Source of the DNA: Eledone cirrhosa
Lineage: Eukaryota
DNA length: 64,000 nt
Direction: 5' to 3'
NCBI GenBank assembly: GCA_964016885.1
Contig: OZ024743.1
Span: 284,518,001 to 284,582,000, forward strand
Position 1 is the stretch's first letter. Every line of letters starts with the position of its first letter. Below the pieces are notes generated by a model. The model was given only the letters and a program-made list of their open reading frames with translations. It did no database searches and was not told where the DNA came from. Made by a program: the position numbers and the translations under genes. Positions 1 to 13,306 of the stretch are shown here, piece after piece.

Positions 1-700
1 GATAGTGTTGATATAATAGCGACATTGGTACTGTTGACGTGAGCAGTAATCAATAAAACAAAAAACTATAACAAAAATATAAAGTCTCTATGCTGAAGTA
101 ATAATAACATCTAGAAGTGTTGCTGTTGTTACATGGTTGTAGCAGTAGTAGTAGTAGTAGTGGTGGTGGTGGTGGTGGTAATAGTGTTGATGGTAGTGGT
201 GGTAGTAGTATTAAAAGTATTAATAGTGGTGACAAAAGTAGTTATGGATGTCGGGTGGGAGTGGGGGTAATGGAAATGTTGGTGGTAGTGGTAGTATCAA
301 AAGTAGTAGCACCAATAGTTATGGATGTGGTGTTGGTGGTGGTAGTAGTAGAAGTAGTGGTGGAGGTAGTAATAGTAGTAGTGTGATGGTGATAAAAGTT
401 ATAAATGGAGGTTGAGTTGGTGATGTTGATGGTAGTTATGATAGTAGTCATAGTGGCTGTCAAGCTAGTGGTAGTAACAAAAGTAAGAGTAGTGGTGGTG
501 AAAGTTGTTATAGTGGTGGTAGTGGTGATGGTAATGGAAATATTGGTAGTAGTATTAAAATCCATAATAGTAGCAGTGAAAATAGTTATGAAGGTAATAG
601 TGGATGTAGCAGTGGCATTGTAGTAGGTGTGGAGTTGATTGTTAAAGTGGCAGTGGTGATTATCGTAATAATGGAAGTAGTAGTGGCAGCAGTGGATTTT
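1..700. repeat. Cryptic (GTA/GTG/GAT) trinucleotide low-complexity region
   Basis: Degenerate AGT/GGT triplet repeats that give poly-V, poly-T and poly-S/G pseudo-ORFs. Confidence 0.8.
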
Positions 701-1585
701 ACAATGCTAAAAACTTCTAAGTGTAGATTCGTATCTGTTAAATAAACTAAGCTGTTGTAGAAAAGTATGTCTAGCAGTATATGTCTATGTACATTTGTGT
801 ATACTAGTTCATGTTTATATACATCAATGTGTAACAGTAGAGGTATACTGGCATGCAGTGACAATAAGTAAGATTGGATGTATGTGTATGTATACATGTG
901 CATATGCATCATGTGCAATGGCATAGGTATACTGGCATGAATGCAAGTTTGTATGTATGCATGTGTTAGTGTATAAATCCACATATATAAGAATGTGCAG
1001 CTGTGTATGCAATAACACTGAGAAAGATCTATAGGAAGTGTGACAGCCAGACACTGTCATTGAGGAGAATAGAATACAGAGCCTTTCCTTAGTAAGGCAG
1101 TCAAAAAGGCCAATTATACAGAGTAAAAAAAGAATGCATTTCTAATCCTTCAGATTATATGGCTTATCATTTAGCTCAGACCTATCAGGATTTCTTTCCG
1201 GCATCTCTCTGCAGTAGTTATTATCATTGTTTTACTCCAGTATTGAAGTACATACCATGAAGATGTTTTAAGTCTTCATACCAATAACAGGAAGAACAAA
1301 TATGAATGTGTGATGTTTGTGCACATGTTAAAGAAATTTCACAAAGAACTTACAATTGCACATCACCAAGAAATCACTATGTAAGTGATGGGCAAGAGAA
1401 GTGTTTAAGGCTTTAGAAAAATTATTAATGAAGTATATTAGACATGAGTGTGTGTAGTGAATTCCAGATTCTATAATGGCTCATTTCAGCTTCACAAACT
1501 TTATGATGAGCTGCATGAAAACCAAATCCCATATTAGCAACTTATTATTGTTAGATAATTTTAAATGACAGTCTTAAACTGGTGA

Positions 1586-1790
1586 TACAAGGGTAGGTTG
1601 AAAAGTTAATAGGCTGACTATGAAGAAGTGATGCTAGAGCTGTGAAATCTTGCATGCATTTTTCAACTATTCTTATTAATAACTGCCTTGTTTTGTTTCT
1701 TTCCAGGAACTATGTTGAAAAATAAACCTCATTTGGTCATTCCATGAGAGTATTTTGGTCAGCCAATGAACTTTTCAGCCGACCTTCATA
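1586..1790. mobile_element. Tc1/mariner-like MITE
   Basis: Imperfect ~31-bp terminal inverted repeats: TA-CAAGGGTAGGTTGAAAAGTTAATAGGCTGAC versus right-end reverse complement TA-TGAAGGTCGGCTGAAAAGTTCATTGGCTGAC. TA occurs at both ends. Confidence 0.7.
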
Positions 1791-3038
1791 TTACACCACT
1801 ATTAATAAAATAAGAATGGTTTCATAACATCAAAATAACAATCATCAATCTCAGTTGGGATCAGACTAAGATGTTATCCTTAATGAGTAGTCAAAACCTT
1901 CCGTTGTTACATGATCAAACCAGGTACACAAGACCAAGGAAACTATATAAAGATGAAGTAAGCAGTGCTAACAGATAAATAAGATGCTCCTAGTGGAGCG
2001 AGACTAGGATTGTGTTGTATATCATATTTCCACTGAGGTATACATAGATGGCAGTGTAACTCATAATATATATGTATTTCAGGTAGATTGAGATTTGATA
2101 TTTTAGGCAGAGTGTCATATGATATTTAAAACATATTGTTAATCAGTATATTGAGAAAATTAAGTATGTTGACACAGAAACTGAGTAGAAACTTGGCAGA
2201 TTCATTTGAACATAGGACAACAAGCCTTGTGGTATTTGCTCCAACACACTGTATTCTGTGTTCAAATCCTGCTGAGGCCAACTGTGCTTTTCATCCTTTT
2301 GAGGTTAATAAAATAAAGTGGATTGATAGAATTGTGAGAGTACCTGATGGGGCACCTTACTATATTTGTTCTAGCTCTTTGCATGTTGCGTTGAAATCCC
2401 AATGTCGCTTATTTGGGTGGTAGGGTTAACCTCACTGTCTAGTTTAACACTATCTTCTGCCCTTTGGGTACCTTTAGAAAAGTCCACTCTGTTGCAAGCA
2501 TTCAGACTGTGTCTCTGGCTGAGAATAATTTCCTACCTCCTTCCAACTAATTTTGGATGATTTAAATGTCTTATCACATTTAAACATATATCCTACTGTT
2601 TAAAGTCTTTTAGATATATTTTTTGTAATAAATCAATTTATCAATATGGAAAATTGCTGTGGTGCTTTTTTTTTGTTTGTTTGTAACCGTTAACATTATT
2701 GCTCTCACTTCTAATCTAACATCACGCAAACAATTAACTTTGTAAAGTTGCTACAATTACTATTGGATCTTTCATTAAAGTTAAGAACAGCTGCTCTAGG
2801 TTTCAGGAAAGAAAACAAATTGAAATGTTCTATGCAGGTAGAGAAAAACTGAAGTTGATTGTTAGCCAATTTCCTCAGCACACTAACTCATGCAATGTCC
2901 ACCATGCAGATATGCCTACACTTTAATTTTAATAATGTATTTAAACTATCTTAGTTTTCTAAATTGAAACATAAGTTGATATCTTAAACGTGCAATTATA
3001 TTATATACATATTCTCTCTCCCTCACTATATATATATT

Positions 3039-3200
3039 TCATCATCATCATCACCGTTTTACATCCATTCTTCCACGCTAGCATGGGTTAGACGGGCTGT
3101 CCTGTTGTGGGCAATGTCAGGTCGGGTGACCTTGTCTTGCTCATACGGAACTGATTTTGGCTTGATTTCTACAGCTGGATGCCCTTCCTAACACCAACCT
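3039..3200 (-). mobile_element. RTE family B-like 3' UTR fragment
   Basis: Reverse complement of the family B 3' end, with a (CAT)n tail next to (TA)n. Confidence 0.8.
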
Positions 3201-3612
3201 TGGGGTGGGGGGGTGCAAAAGGTAAATGGAAACAAAAATGCAAACAACACAGTACAATGAAGAAATATATTAGTTTAATGTCTGATATAGTTGGAAAAGT
3301 CTTTATGTTTGGGATACTAGTCCTTCGTCAGAAGATAGAATGTGAAATAAAAGATGAAATAGAAAGAAGATATGGAGTGAGAAAAGGAAGGAATGGAAAA
3401 ACACATTTGAGAAAAAGAACGTGTGTATTCAGTCAACTATTGTGAATTACACAGCCATGTATGTATTTCACACACACACATACATATATATATATAACAG
3501 CAAAGAGCATTTTAAGGCAATTCTTCCTGCTAAAGCAGGAGTTAGTAATGACCTATTCAATCCAAACCAGCATGAAAAGTAGGTGTAAAATGATATATAT
3601 ATATATATATAT

Positions 3613-6600
3613 ACATCCAATCTCGCAAAATCCGATATCTGTATTTTTTGTTATCTATTTAAGGTTTAAATACGGTGTTTTTGTCGTATTGAACAGAACA
3701 AATCTTGCAGTTTTGCTTTTTGTTAATCGCTTGTTAAACATTCATAACCTTCCAGCTAGCTACCCCACACCCGCCCCCACACACCACCATTCTTAATACG
3801 TGGACCAATCATAAGCCAGAGCCCCCCCACCCATCACCATTATTATTATTGCGCGGACCAATCATAAGCCAGAGGCCTATACTATCGCTTGCCCGGTTGC
3901 CTTCGATATATGATGGATGGATGGATGGATGGACGGACTGCGGAATCCTGGAGAGTGGAAGGGAGAGAAAAATCTGGACGCTCAGAGCGAAAATGCCAAA
4001 GTTAAAGTCAAATTCACCTCGTGGACGAGAATGCGAGCACTCCTCTTTGTTTCGTCCGCGGATGGCTAACATAACCCTATCTCCCCCCGCCCCCCACCAC
4101 CCCCACCCTCCAAATGCAATCCAAAACTTCAGAGTTGGTCCCATAAATGTAGGCACCCTAAAGGGTCGCGCTAACGAGGTTGTAGAAATGCTTGAACGTA
4201 AGGAGGTCGATGTTTGTTGTATTCAAGAGACCAGGTGGAGGGGTGGGTCTGCTAGATTCATTGAGGGTAAAAAACGATGTTATAAGCTTTTCTGGGTGGG
4301 AAACGACGATGGGCTGGGTGGAGTAGGAATCATGGTAGCAGAAAAGTGGGCAGATAAGATAATAGACGTAAATAGAGTGAACGACAGAATAATTAAAATA
4401 CGACTTGTCCTCAATAGAACTACGGTGACAGTAATATCTGCGTACGCACCCCAATCCGGACTGCCCGGCACTATAAAAGACAGATTCTATGAGACACTGT
4501 TGCTAACTACCTCCCAAATATCTGACAGTGACTATATAATTATTGCAGGCGACCTAAATGGTCACGTTGGACAACATTGTGACGGCTACGACGAAATCCA
4601 TGGAGGCTATGGGTTTGGTACTAGAAATGAGGAAGGCTCCAGAATCCTGGAATTCTGTGATGCAAATAACCTAATTATCTGTAACACTAACTTCAAAAAA
4701 CGTGACAATCACCTGATCACCTATAGATCCGGGGAACACACAAGCCAGGTAGATTATATCCTTACCAGAAGACGTGACAGAGTGTCTGTTGTAAACACTA
4801 AATCCCTCCCCCATGAAGAATGCACCTCCCAACATAGACTGATAATTAGCGACTTCATAGTCAGGACGAGACGTACTCGACAGCAGAAGAGGACTATCCT
4901 CAGGAGGAAAATATGGAAGCTAAAGGACCCCACAGCCAGAAATAAATTTCAAAGCATATTACTTGATGCTTTCGACAGTAAGGAAGAGCATCTAGAGTCG
5001 GACAATATAGAGGGACAGTGGGAATTTCTGAAAGCAAACCTGCTGTTGGCGACAGACGAAGTCTGTGGCTGGAGCAGGCCTGTAGGCAGGAGGAGAGTAA
5101 CATGGTGGTGGAACAGTAAGGTGGAGGGGTCAATTAAGGCCAAAAAGCAGGCTTGGAAAGTATGGCGGGATGGGGGAAGTAGAGTAGACTATCAAGTGGC
5201 CAGGAGGGAAGCTAGGAGAGAAGTGTACTTAGCAAGAAGGGAAGCTGAGGAAAGAAAGTTCAAGCATGTTCTACAACGCGATGACCAAAAACGTGAGGTG
5301 TTCAGGATTGCTAGGCAATGCGTCAAGGAAAACCGTGATATTGTCGGGGAGAAGTGTGTACTTAACGATGATGGCATACTTGCCATCACCGACACTGATA
5401 AGAAGGTAGCTTGGAAGTGTCACTATGAAAGGCTACTAAATGAGGAGAATAAATGGGAGAAAGACAGTCTCCCCCATATCGACCCAATAGAGGGACCAGC
5501 AGTGTTAGTCGAGGGGAGTATAATAAGTAAGGCAATCAAGGATATGAAGACGGGTAAGGCGGCTGGGCCTTCGGAAATAGTTGCTGAGATGCTGAAGGCA
5601 TCTGGCACGGTGGGACACACCATGGTCACCCGCATAGTTAACCAAGTCGTACAGAATGGGGTTGTTCCGAAGGACTGGCATAGCAGCATCATCGTTAACT
5701 GTTATAAGGGTAAAGGAGACGCCCTAGATAGGAGTAACTATAGAGGCATTAAATTAATCGACCAGGTCATGAAGGTCACGGAAAAAGTAATAGCGCAACT
5801 AATCAGAGAGAGAATTGACCTAGATGAAATGCAGTTCGGGTTTGTGTCAGGCAAAAGCACCACAGACGCTCTTTTCATAGTACGACAACTACAGGAGAAG
5901 TACCTAGCTAAAGGTAAACCCCTCTACTTAGCTTTTGTCGACCTGGAGAAAGCCTTCGACAGAGTCCCCCGCTCCATTATCTGGTGGGCTCTTAGAAAAC
6001 TAGGCGTTGACGAATGGCTTGTGAGGGCTATACAAGCCATGTATAAAGAAACAGTCAGCAAGGTTAGAATTAACAACGAATATAGTGAAGAGTTTAGCGT
6101 AAAAGTTGGCGTCCATCAGGGCTCTGTTCTCAGCCCCCTACTATTTATTATTGCCCTTCAGGCTATAACAGAGGAGTTCAAGACAGGCTGCCCATGGGAA
6201 CTCCTATACGCAGACGACCTGACACTCATAGCGGAATCAATGGCCGAGCTAGAGAAGAAATTCCAAACATGGAAGCACGGCCTAGAGTCAAAAGGACTTA
6301 AAATTAACCTGGCTAAGACCAAAGTTCTAGTTTGTAGGAAAGAAAACAAGGCGGCGGTCCCTTCTGGGAAATGGTCGTGCTCGGTGTGTAGGAAAGGCGT
6401 AGGTAGAAACTCCATTTTATGTCCTAAATGCAAAGTATGGGTGCATAAAAGATGTAGTGGGATCACAGGTAAGCTAACTAAGAACATAGATTTTACATGT
6501 GGCCGGTGTTCTGGTGCAATAAGTAGCAGCAAGTGCCCACAAAATACTAGCTCTTTCAATTGCGCAGAGGGTTCTATAGAAATAGTGGACAGCTTCCGTT

Positions 6601-7536
6601 ACCTGGGCGATAAAATCAGCAGTGGGGGAGGGTGCTCTGAAAGTACTGTAGCTAGAGTCAGAACTGGTTGGAAAAAGTTCAGAGAGCTTATACCACTATT
6701 AGCTGCTAAAGGGTTCTCCCTAAAAATGAAAGGCAGGTTGTACGATGCCTGCATACGAACAGCAATGTTGCATGGCAGTGAGACCTGGGGATTGTGTGCA
6801 GAGGATATACGCAGACTAGAGAGGAACGAAGCTTGCATGCTCCGCTGGATGTGTAACAGTAATATACGTGAACGGCAAAGCATAAACGAACTAAGGAAAA
6901 AATTAGAGTTATGAGGGGAGGGATCAGATGTTGTTTACTCGAGAGAAGGCTACGTTGGTATGGACACGTGATGCGCATGAAAGTCGATAGCTGTATAACA
7001 AAGTGCAGGGCAATAAAGATAGACGGTAGCCACGGAATAGGCAGACCTAGAAAAACCTGGGACGAGCTGATAAACTCCGACCTCACACACTTACACCTCT
7101 CCAAGACAATGTCACTGGACCGAGACCTTTGGCGGTACTCAGTAACAGAGAAGACCCGCCTTGCCAGTAGGCATCTCTAACAAAATACACCCCGTCCCGC
7201 CACCACCCCCACCCCATCCACACCACCCCGTTCTATGTAAAGTTATGTTGGTGCCGCGCCATCCAGGCCGAAACAAATGAGATCGTGTAGGTGTCACGAC
7301 AAAAAAACACACAGTCCACGCTGTAATGTGGCCGTGTAGGCAACACGGTAAAAACCTCCCAGACCCACACTGTAAATGTGGTTGGTGTTAGGAAGGGCAT
7401 CCAGCTGTAGAAAACCTGCCAGACAATCCTATGCGAGCAAGACAATCACTCTTGCCTCAAGTGGGACTACCCCCGTCCAAACCCATGCAAGCGTGGAACA
7501 CGGACGTTAAACGTTGATGATGATGATGATGATGAT
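3613..7536 (+). mobile_element. Full-length RTE-clade LINE (family A) with a late frameshift
   Basis: Same domain architecture as family B. The 5' end abuts (TA)n and the 3' end is (GAT)n. The 5' UTR shares the CCCCCACACACCACCAT...GACCAATCA motif with family B. The 5' boundary is approximate. Confidence 0.9.
3849..7180 (+). pseudogene. RTE ORF (APE + RT + PHD finger) broken by a +5-nt frameshift near 6910
   Basis: ORFs 3849-6914 and 6911-7180 are one protein. Against the copy at 32785-33778, TTAGAGATAAGAGGGATCAGA has become TTAGAGTTATGAGGGGAGGGATCAGA. A ~28-nt deletion near 7162 also removed the original stop. The true start codon is uncertain. Confidence 0.85.
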
Positions 7537-7618
7537 ACATATGCTCTGTACTTCATGTTCCTTTGTTGAATAACTTAATCGATATACATTATATATGTAT
7601 AGATTTAACATAATTATA

Positions 7619-7665
<47 letters not shown>

Positions 7666-8796
7666 TACATATATATATATACATACATACATACACATAC
7701 ATACACACACACACACACACATGCTGCTGAGATTACAGAGTCCTCTCTAGTATTAGTGCCATGATAAAATGTACCCAGTACGCTCTGTATGCATTAGTGC
7801 TAGTAGCCACATTAAAACACACCCAGTACACCCTGTAAGGTGTTTGGCATTAGGAAGGACATCCAGTTGTATAAATTGTGTCAAGAATGGAATGTATGAG
7901 CAAAATGTGGTTCTCTCAATCTCGTCCTGTTTCAGATCCTGACAACCTGTTCAACCCATGCCAGTGTGGAAAATGTATGTATGATGATGATGATGATAAT
8001 ACCAGCACTAACACACTGTCTTTAAGATATCACTTTGTTAGTGACATGGGCTATTACATGGAGAAATTAATGTATATCTTTACATGAGAGTAAGGTGGCA
8101 AATAGTGAAATACATTAAGTAAAGGAATCAATGGACAGAGGAAGCATTCATAGTTGTTGTTTAGACCCAGATGAACTCAGATTTTGTGTGTGATAGGATG
8201 AGTGTGTGTGTATGTGAAATTGATGTGGATTTGTGTGTTGATGGCTATAAATGTATAAGTAAATGTGAGTGTGTGTGTAAGTGTGAGTTTTTGTTTATAA
8301 GTATATGAATGTATATTTGCATTATAAATAATTGTGTTTGTGATAGTGTTAGTGTGTGTTTCTTATGTGTGTGAATGGGTGTGAATTTTTGTGTTTGTGC
8401 ATATGAATGCTTATATGTGTCATCTTTGGGTATGAATGATGGATGCAGTGGCTTTCCTCTGTGATTCCATCATAACTCACTGAGCTTCCTTCACTTTTTT
8501 TTTTTATGAGTTCATTATATATATATATATAAACACTTCACAACCATCTTTCCTTAGGGATATATTCTTAGTCAAGCAACTTAAAGCAAGAGGCTTCACT
8601 AAGTTACCTTACTGCAGTTTCGAAACTGGAGAATAACAGACTGTTCCAATATATTGATATGGTTGCCCTTAACAGAATGCTTTTTCATCAGAGGGTTTCT
8701 GTATGGTATAAGAAAACTAAATACCCATTAAGAGAAATGAAGATCCTACTTCAGAGTGAAAGCAAAAATTGTTTACTTAAACTTTTAATCTGTGCT

Positions 8797-8986
8797 AATA
8801 ATTGTTTCTACTTTAGGCACAAGGCCAGCAATTACCCAGTACACTACTGGTACTTTATTTTATCGACCCCGTAAGGATGAAAGGCAAAGTTAACCTTGGC
8901 GGGATTTGAACTCAGACCGTAAAGGGACGTAACTATGCTAGAAAGAATGGCGACCAACCTTCTACCGATACTGCCAATTCACCGCC
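8797..8986 (-). mobile_element. tRNA-derived SINE
   Basis: Minus strand: A box TGGCAGTATCGG, B box GAGTTCAAATCC, central GCCTTTCATCCTTACGGGGTCGATAAAATAAAGTACC and 3' tail GTAGAAACAATTATT. Confidence 0.8.
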
Positions 8987-8994
8987 CTCTGTGA

Positions 8995-9187
8995 TAATAA
9001 TAATAATTGTTTCTACTTTTGGCACAAGGCCAGCAAATACCCAGTGCATTACTGGTACTTTATTTTATCGACCCCGTAAGGATGAAAGACAAAGTTAACC
9101 TCGGCGAGATTTGAACTCAGAATGGCAAGTGCCGTAACTCTATTTGTCAAAGCATGGTGTCCGACCCTCTACCGATACTGCCAATCC
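8995..9187 (-). mobile_element. tRNA-derived SINE (tandem second copy)
   Basis: Same family, directly adjacent to 8797-8986. Confidence 0.8.
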
Positions 9188-9200
9188 AATAATATATATA

Positions 9201-9268
<68 letters not shown>

Positions 9269-10902
9269 TATATATATATATAGTCATCATCATCATCAGT
9301 TAACATCCATTTCCCTTGCTAGCAAGGGATGGATGGGTTATTACAGACCAAATCAGTATATATCATCATACATCAGTTTTTCTATGCTTGCATGGGCTAG
9401 ACATACAAAGGTCCAAACCTTGCCAGCCTGGAAAAATGAACATTAAATGATGGTGATGCTGATGTTGATGATATATATATTAAATATTAATAATACTTCC
9501 CAACTATTGAGAAAAATCTCCTGGGCCAAGTGACACGTTCTACTGTCAATGCACAGGAATTAGACATTGTCTAATAGCATCACATATTATTGGTTACCTT
9601 TCTGACAAAGATGACTGCAGCAGAATCTCCATCCCTGAAATCCTTGACTATTATTTTGCTCTTATAATTCTGAGTTTCTATGGGAACAATTTTCAAAGCT
9701 TATATCAAAATTAAACAATAATAGGCCTGCATGTAAGTCTTAAACTGGTGGTGAATTGGTCGTGTCATTAGAACATTGGATAGAACGTTTTGCAGTATTT
9801 GTTTCAGCTCTCTGCCGAGTTCAACTTTGCCTTTCATTCATAGAAGGTCAATTTAAAAAAAGTACCAGGCTAGTACTGGGCTCGATTCTTCCTCTATCTC
9901 ACATTGTCTAACTCTATATATCCCTCCCTGGAATAAATCTGCTGTATTCAAATCTAGAGAGGAGATGGGCTCTGCCAGGTTTTAAAAATGCCCTAGAAAT
10001 GCTATATGTCAATACGGCGCCCCTACAATTCCCCCAAGCAAGAGTTACAGGACTTTATCTCTCCTCTAGTCTTACACAATGTTGTTTCCTAAGCTTAACA
10101 AAATAATATAAATGAAAGCATGCATTTATCTTCAAAATCCATTGGAAACTAATTTACTATTTTAGTTTTTGGTAGCATCACAACCTTGTTTCTTCTCAGA
10201 AAACATTGGACATTGATTTGTGGTTGCTATAAAACCTTCAGCTTCATCTGAGTGTATTTCATGACATTTTAGAACATGAATAAATACATCAGTTCAGATA
10301 ACTAACCAACAATTTTGACAAATTTATTTAATCAAATTTCCAGTTTAGGCCTGTGAAATTACTGTGAAATAGCTGCTTCTTTGTAATGTTATTCAGAGTT
10401 TTCTTTTTAAAAGCTCAGTGAAATTAAGTGCCAGCATTCAAATTGTTCCTTATTTACACATTCTGGTGGTGTTATTTGAAGAATTTAAATATTCAACAAC
10501 TTTAAAAATTGTAACTAACATCTTATTTCATTTTTTTAATCATTTTTATTTTAACTAAAAACACTAAAAAAGTATTTGAATAAGTTATTTTCACTTGTTT
10601 AAAATCTGAATGCTGCAAATTAAAATAAATTACGATTACAAGATAATTTATCAAAGATTTTCAGTAGTTATTTACAGTCATTGACCATCTTTCATGTTTT
10701 AAAACTATCACACACACACATTATATATATATATAGATAGATAGATAAATTTTGAGTATATGTTGGTTGTATACCAACACCTCAGTATGCAGATTGGAGC
10801 ACTCGACGAAGTGCGCAGGTTGGTTTGGTTACTCCGGAGTAATGTAAAATAAAATAAAATAAAATAAATAAGTCAAATGTTTAAAATTTGGCTTCGTTTA
10901 TT

Positions 10903-10957
10903 ACTGCTATATATATTTCGGTGACAGCCATCTTTGGCTGTGACCTCTTCAGGCAGT
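10903..10957 (-). ncRNA. Type I hammerhead ribozyme (mirror copy)
   Basis: Minus strand ACTGC-CTGAAGA-GGTCACAGCCAAAGATGGCTGTCACC-GAAA-TATATA-TA-GCAGT. Confidence 0.75.
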
Positions 10958-11176
10958 CCGAATTAGTGTGGTAGAGACGAGTACACATGTTGTTGAGGTG
11001 TATAACTTTGTCAATACTCTGATATGCCCAGTTCCTGGTTGGGTTGTTATTTCACTGAGGAACTGGAATCATTCCTCAGTGAAATAACAACCCAACCAGG
11101 AACTGGGCATATCCGGGTATTGACAAAGTTATACACCTCAACAACATGTGTATTCGTCTCTACCACACTAATTCGG

Positions 11177-11231
11177 ACTGCCTGAAGAGGTCACAGTCAA
11201 AGATGGCTGTCACCGAAATATATATAGCAGT
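11177..11231 (+). ncRNA. Type I hammerhead ribozyme, minimal palindromic stem III
   Basis: ACTGC-CTGAAGA-GGTCACAGTCAAAGATGGCTGTCACC-GAAA-TATATA-TA-GCAGT, then AATAAA. Confidence 0.75.
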
Positions 11232-13306
11232 AATAAACGAAGCCAAATTTTAAACATTTGACTTATTTATTTTATTTTATTTTATATAGATAGATAGATA
11301 GATACTAGCACAGCTATCTGCCGATGCCTAGGTGTTTCATGGCAGTAACAATATATTTTGCCCACATTACAAATATTTGATGAATAAAATAGGATTTGGG
11401 CATTTTTTTCTTGAAATAGAATGTATTGCAAGTTACTGTAGAAGTTTACTAAATAAGTTTTATTACAAACTGCTTTTGTGAATAAATGTTTCATCCAGTT
11501 TGCTGTAAACATATACAGATATCAGGAGGATTTTGAATAATGAATAACTGGTTTTACTGATAAAACATCTTTCAAAATTTAAATAAAATGAATATCCATT
11601 CTACTTCTCTTTCCCTATCTTTCTCGGTGTGTTCTCTTCCTCTATCTTTTACTATTCTTCTTTCTCTCACTTTTTCTCAAATCTTCTCTCTTTTCTAGGG
11701 GTTTCATAAATAGAGATACATATAAGTAATAGATTGATATAGATTGCATTAGTATGACTGCAGACCAATTCATTTGCTTTGTTGATTGTATGTGTTTAAG
11801 CTAAATAAAATTAAATTTGGCTATTGAAAGTGACTTTTAAAAAATGCAAAATGTACATTGTTTAATGTGTGTGCGCATCAAAGATCTAAGCTTAGTGCTA
11901 CAAGTGAACAAAATATTTATTAGTTATGCAATTCTCTTGTTGCCAATTGAGATCAATTATATAACTCTGCTTGCTGTACATATTTACAGCTAGGTAGACT
12001 GATCCATGTCAGTGACTTTATCTAGAATATAACAGAGTAACAGTGTTACTACATACTATAACCATGAACAGTTACTTCTTTGGACAATAATCCAGGGCCT
12101 CCTTGACTGGGTCAGCCATAGCTTTCACAACATAAACAAACTAATGTAAAAAGGGTAATCATCCGTGTATGTGGTATACACATGTATGTGAGTACATGTA
12201 CATACATGCAACATGTCTGTAGATAACACTTTTAAGAAGTAAAATATAATTTACATTGGGAAATTTTAAAAATCAGATACTATCTGTTGATCAGAACCTA
12301 AAGAAAAACACTGAAATAAATTTTTCCTTCCTGGTCTTGTACCAACTATCAAGTCTCTTAGAAGTTGTTAAACAATGTTCAACTGTATTTGGGATAAACA
12401 GAGTATCTTACTGAATATAAAATTAAAATCTAAAATTAGTCATAAGATACCTTCATGGACAGAGCAGATAATATAATACTTTATATTTAAATGGGATTTT
12501 TTTTTTTTTTTTTTGCTCTAGAAATGAAAGAAAGAATAAAGTTACATTGTTTCCTTCTTCACAGAAGAACATTTTGGCTACGATTTGCCCAGAAATCTCA
12601 AATCTATTTGGAATGATGCCAGCTATGATAAAGTCAACATAATAAGGAATAATACATTATTTCAAGAAAAATGAAGAAAATAAGGATGAAATATCTGTTC
12701 TGGAAAGTAGTTTAGTGTGATTCTTGTGAACCAGTACTGGAAGCAACAAGCTTAAGCACTTTGTTGGCCAAGAGCATAATTCTGTGAAGAGATGAGATTA
12801 ATATCATATATATTTCTTTGGCAATAGGATAGGTCTTTGGCAATAGAAGACATTATTCAAAGTACTTTGGGACAAAGATTATGTCAGTTATCATGATACT
12901 TGTTTCAGATGCAAAGTTGAACTCCAACCATAAATTACAAAATTATATATGTTTAAAGATTTGTCAAACTACTAGATACATAAAGGCTTTAACCCTCTGC
13001 TTTGAGCACATAAGTTTGAACAGAGGAAATGCTTTAAAAGAAATAGTTTGATTTTGGCTTTTTTCACAGCACTCTATTCTGAAATATAGCTATGTGGCTA
13101 GTAGCAATACGAAGTCAAAACATCTCATTAAAGTGTGAGTATTGCAAAAATGAATGAATAAGATAAGAATGAGTAAGAGTATGAGAAATATTGACGTAGT
13201 GAGTTAATGGTTCTTAAATTTATATATCATTTTGCTATGGTCTGCATATGTAATTCTTAAATATGGAATAAAATTGAAGACATAATCACAACATTTATAT
13301 AATTTA

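Larger units (their letters stand above)
10850..11284. repeat. Long near-perfect inverted repeat (~213-bp arms, 9-nt loop), probably an inverted Penelope-like pLTR remnant
   Basis: Arms 10850-11062 and 11072-11284 have 4 mismatches by eye. Each arm carries a hammerhead motif followed by AATAAA. Confidence 0.9.

Noticed and set aside
50-700. Mucin-like poly-Thr, poly-Val and poly-Ser/Gly ORFs
   Set aside because: Cryptic trinucleotide repeat that is open in several frames on both strands, with no splice or homology support.
4158-7104. Antisense ORFs over RTE elements (also at 21.7-24.6, 42-43 and 61 kb)
   Set aside because: They are shadow ORFs of the RT coding strand and recur only because the elements are repeated.
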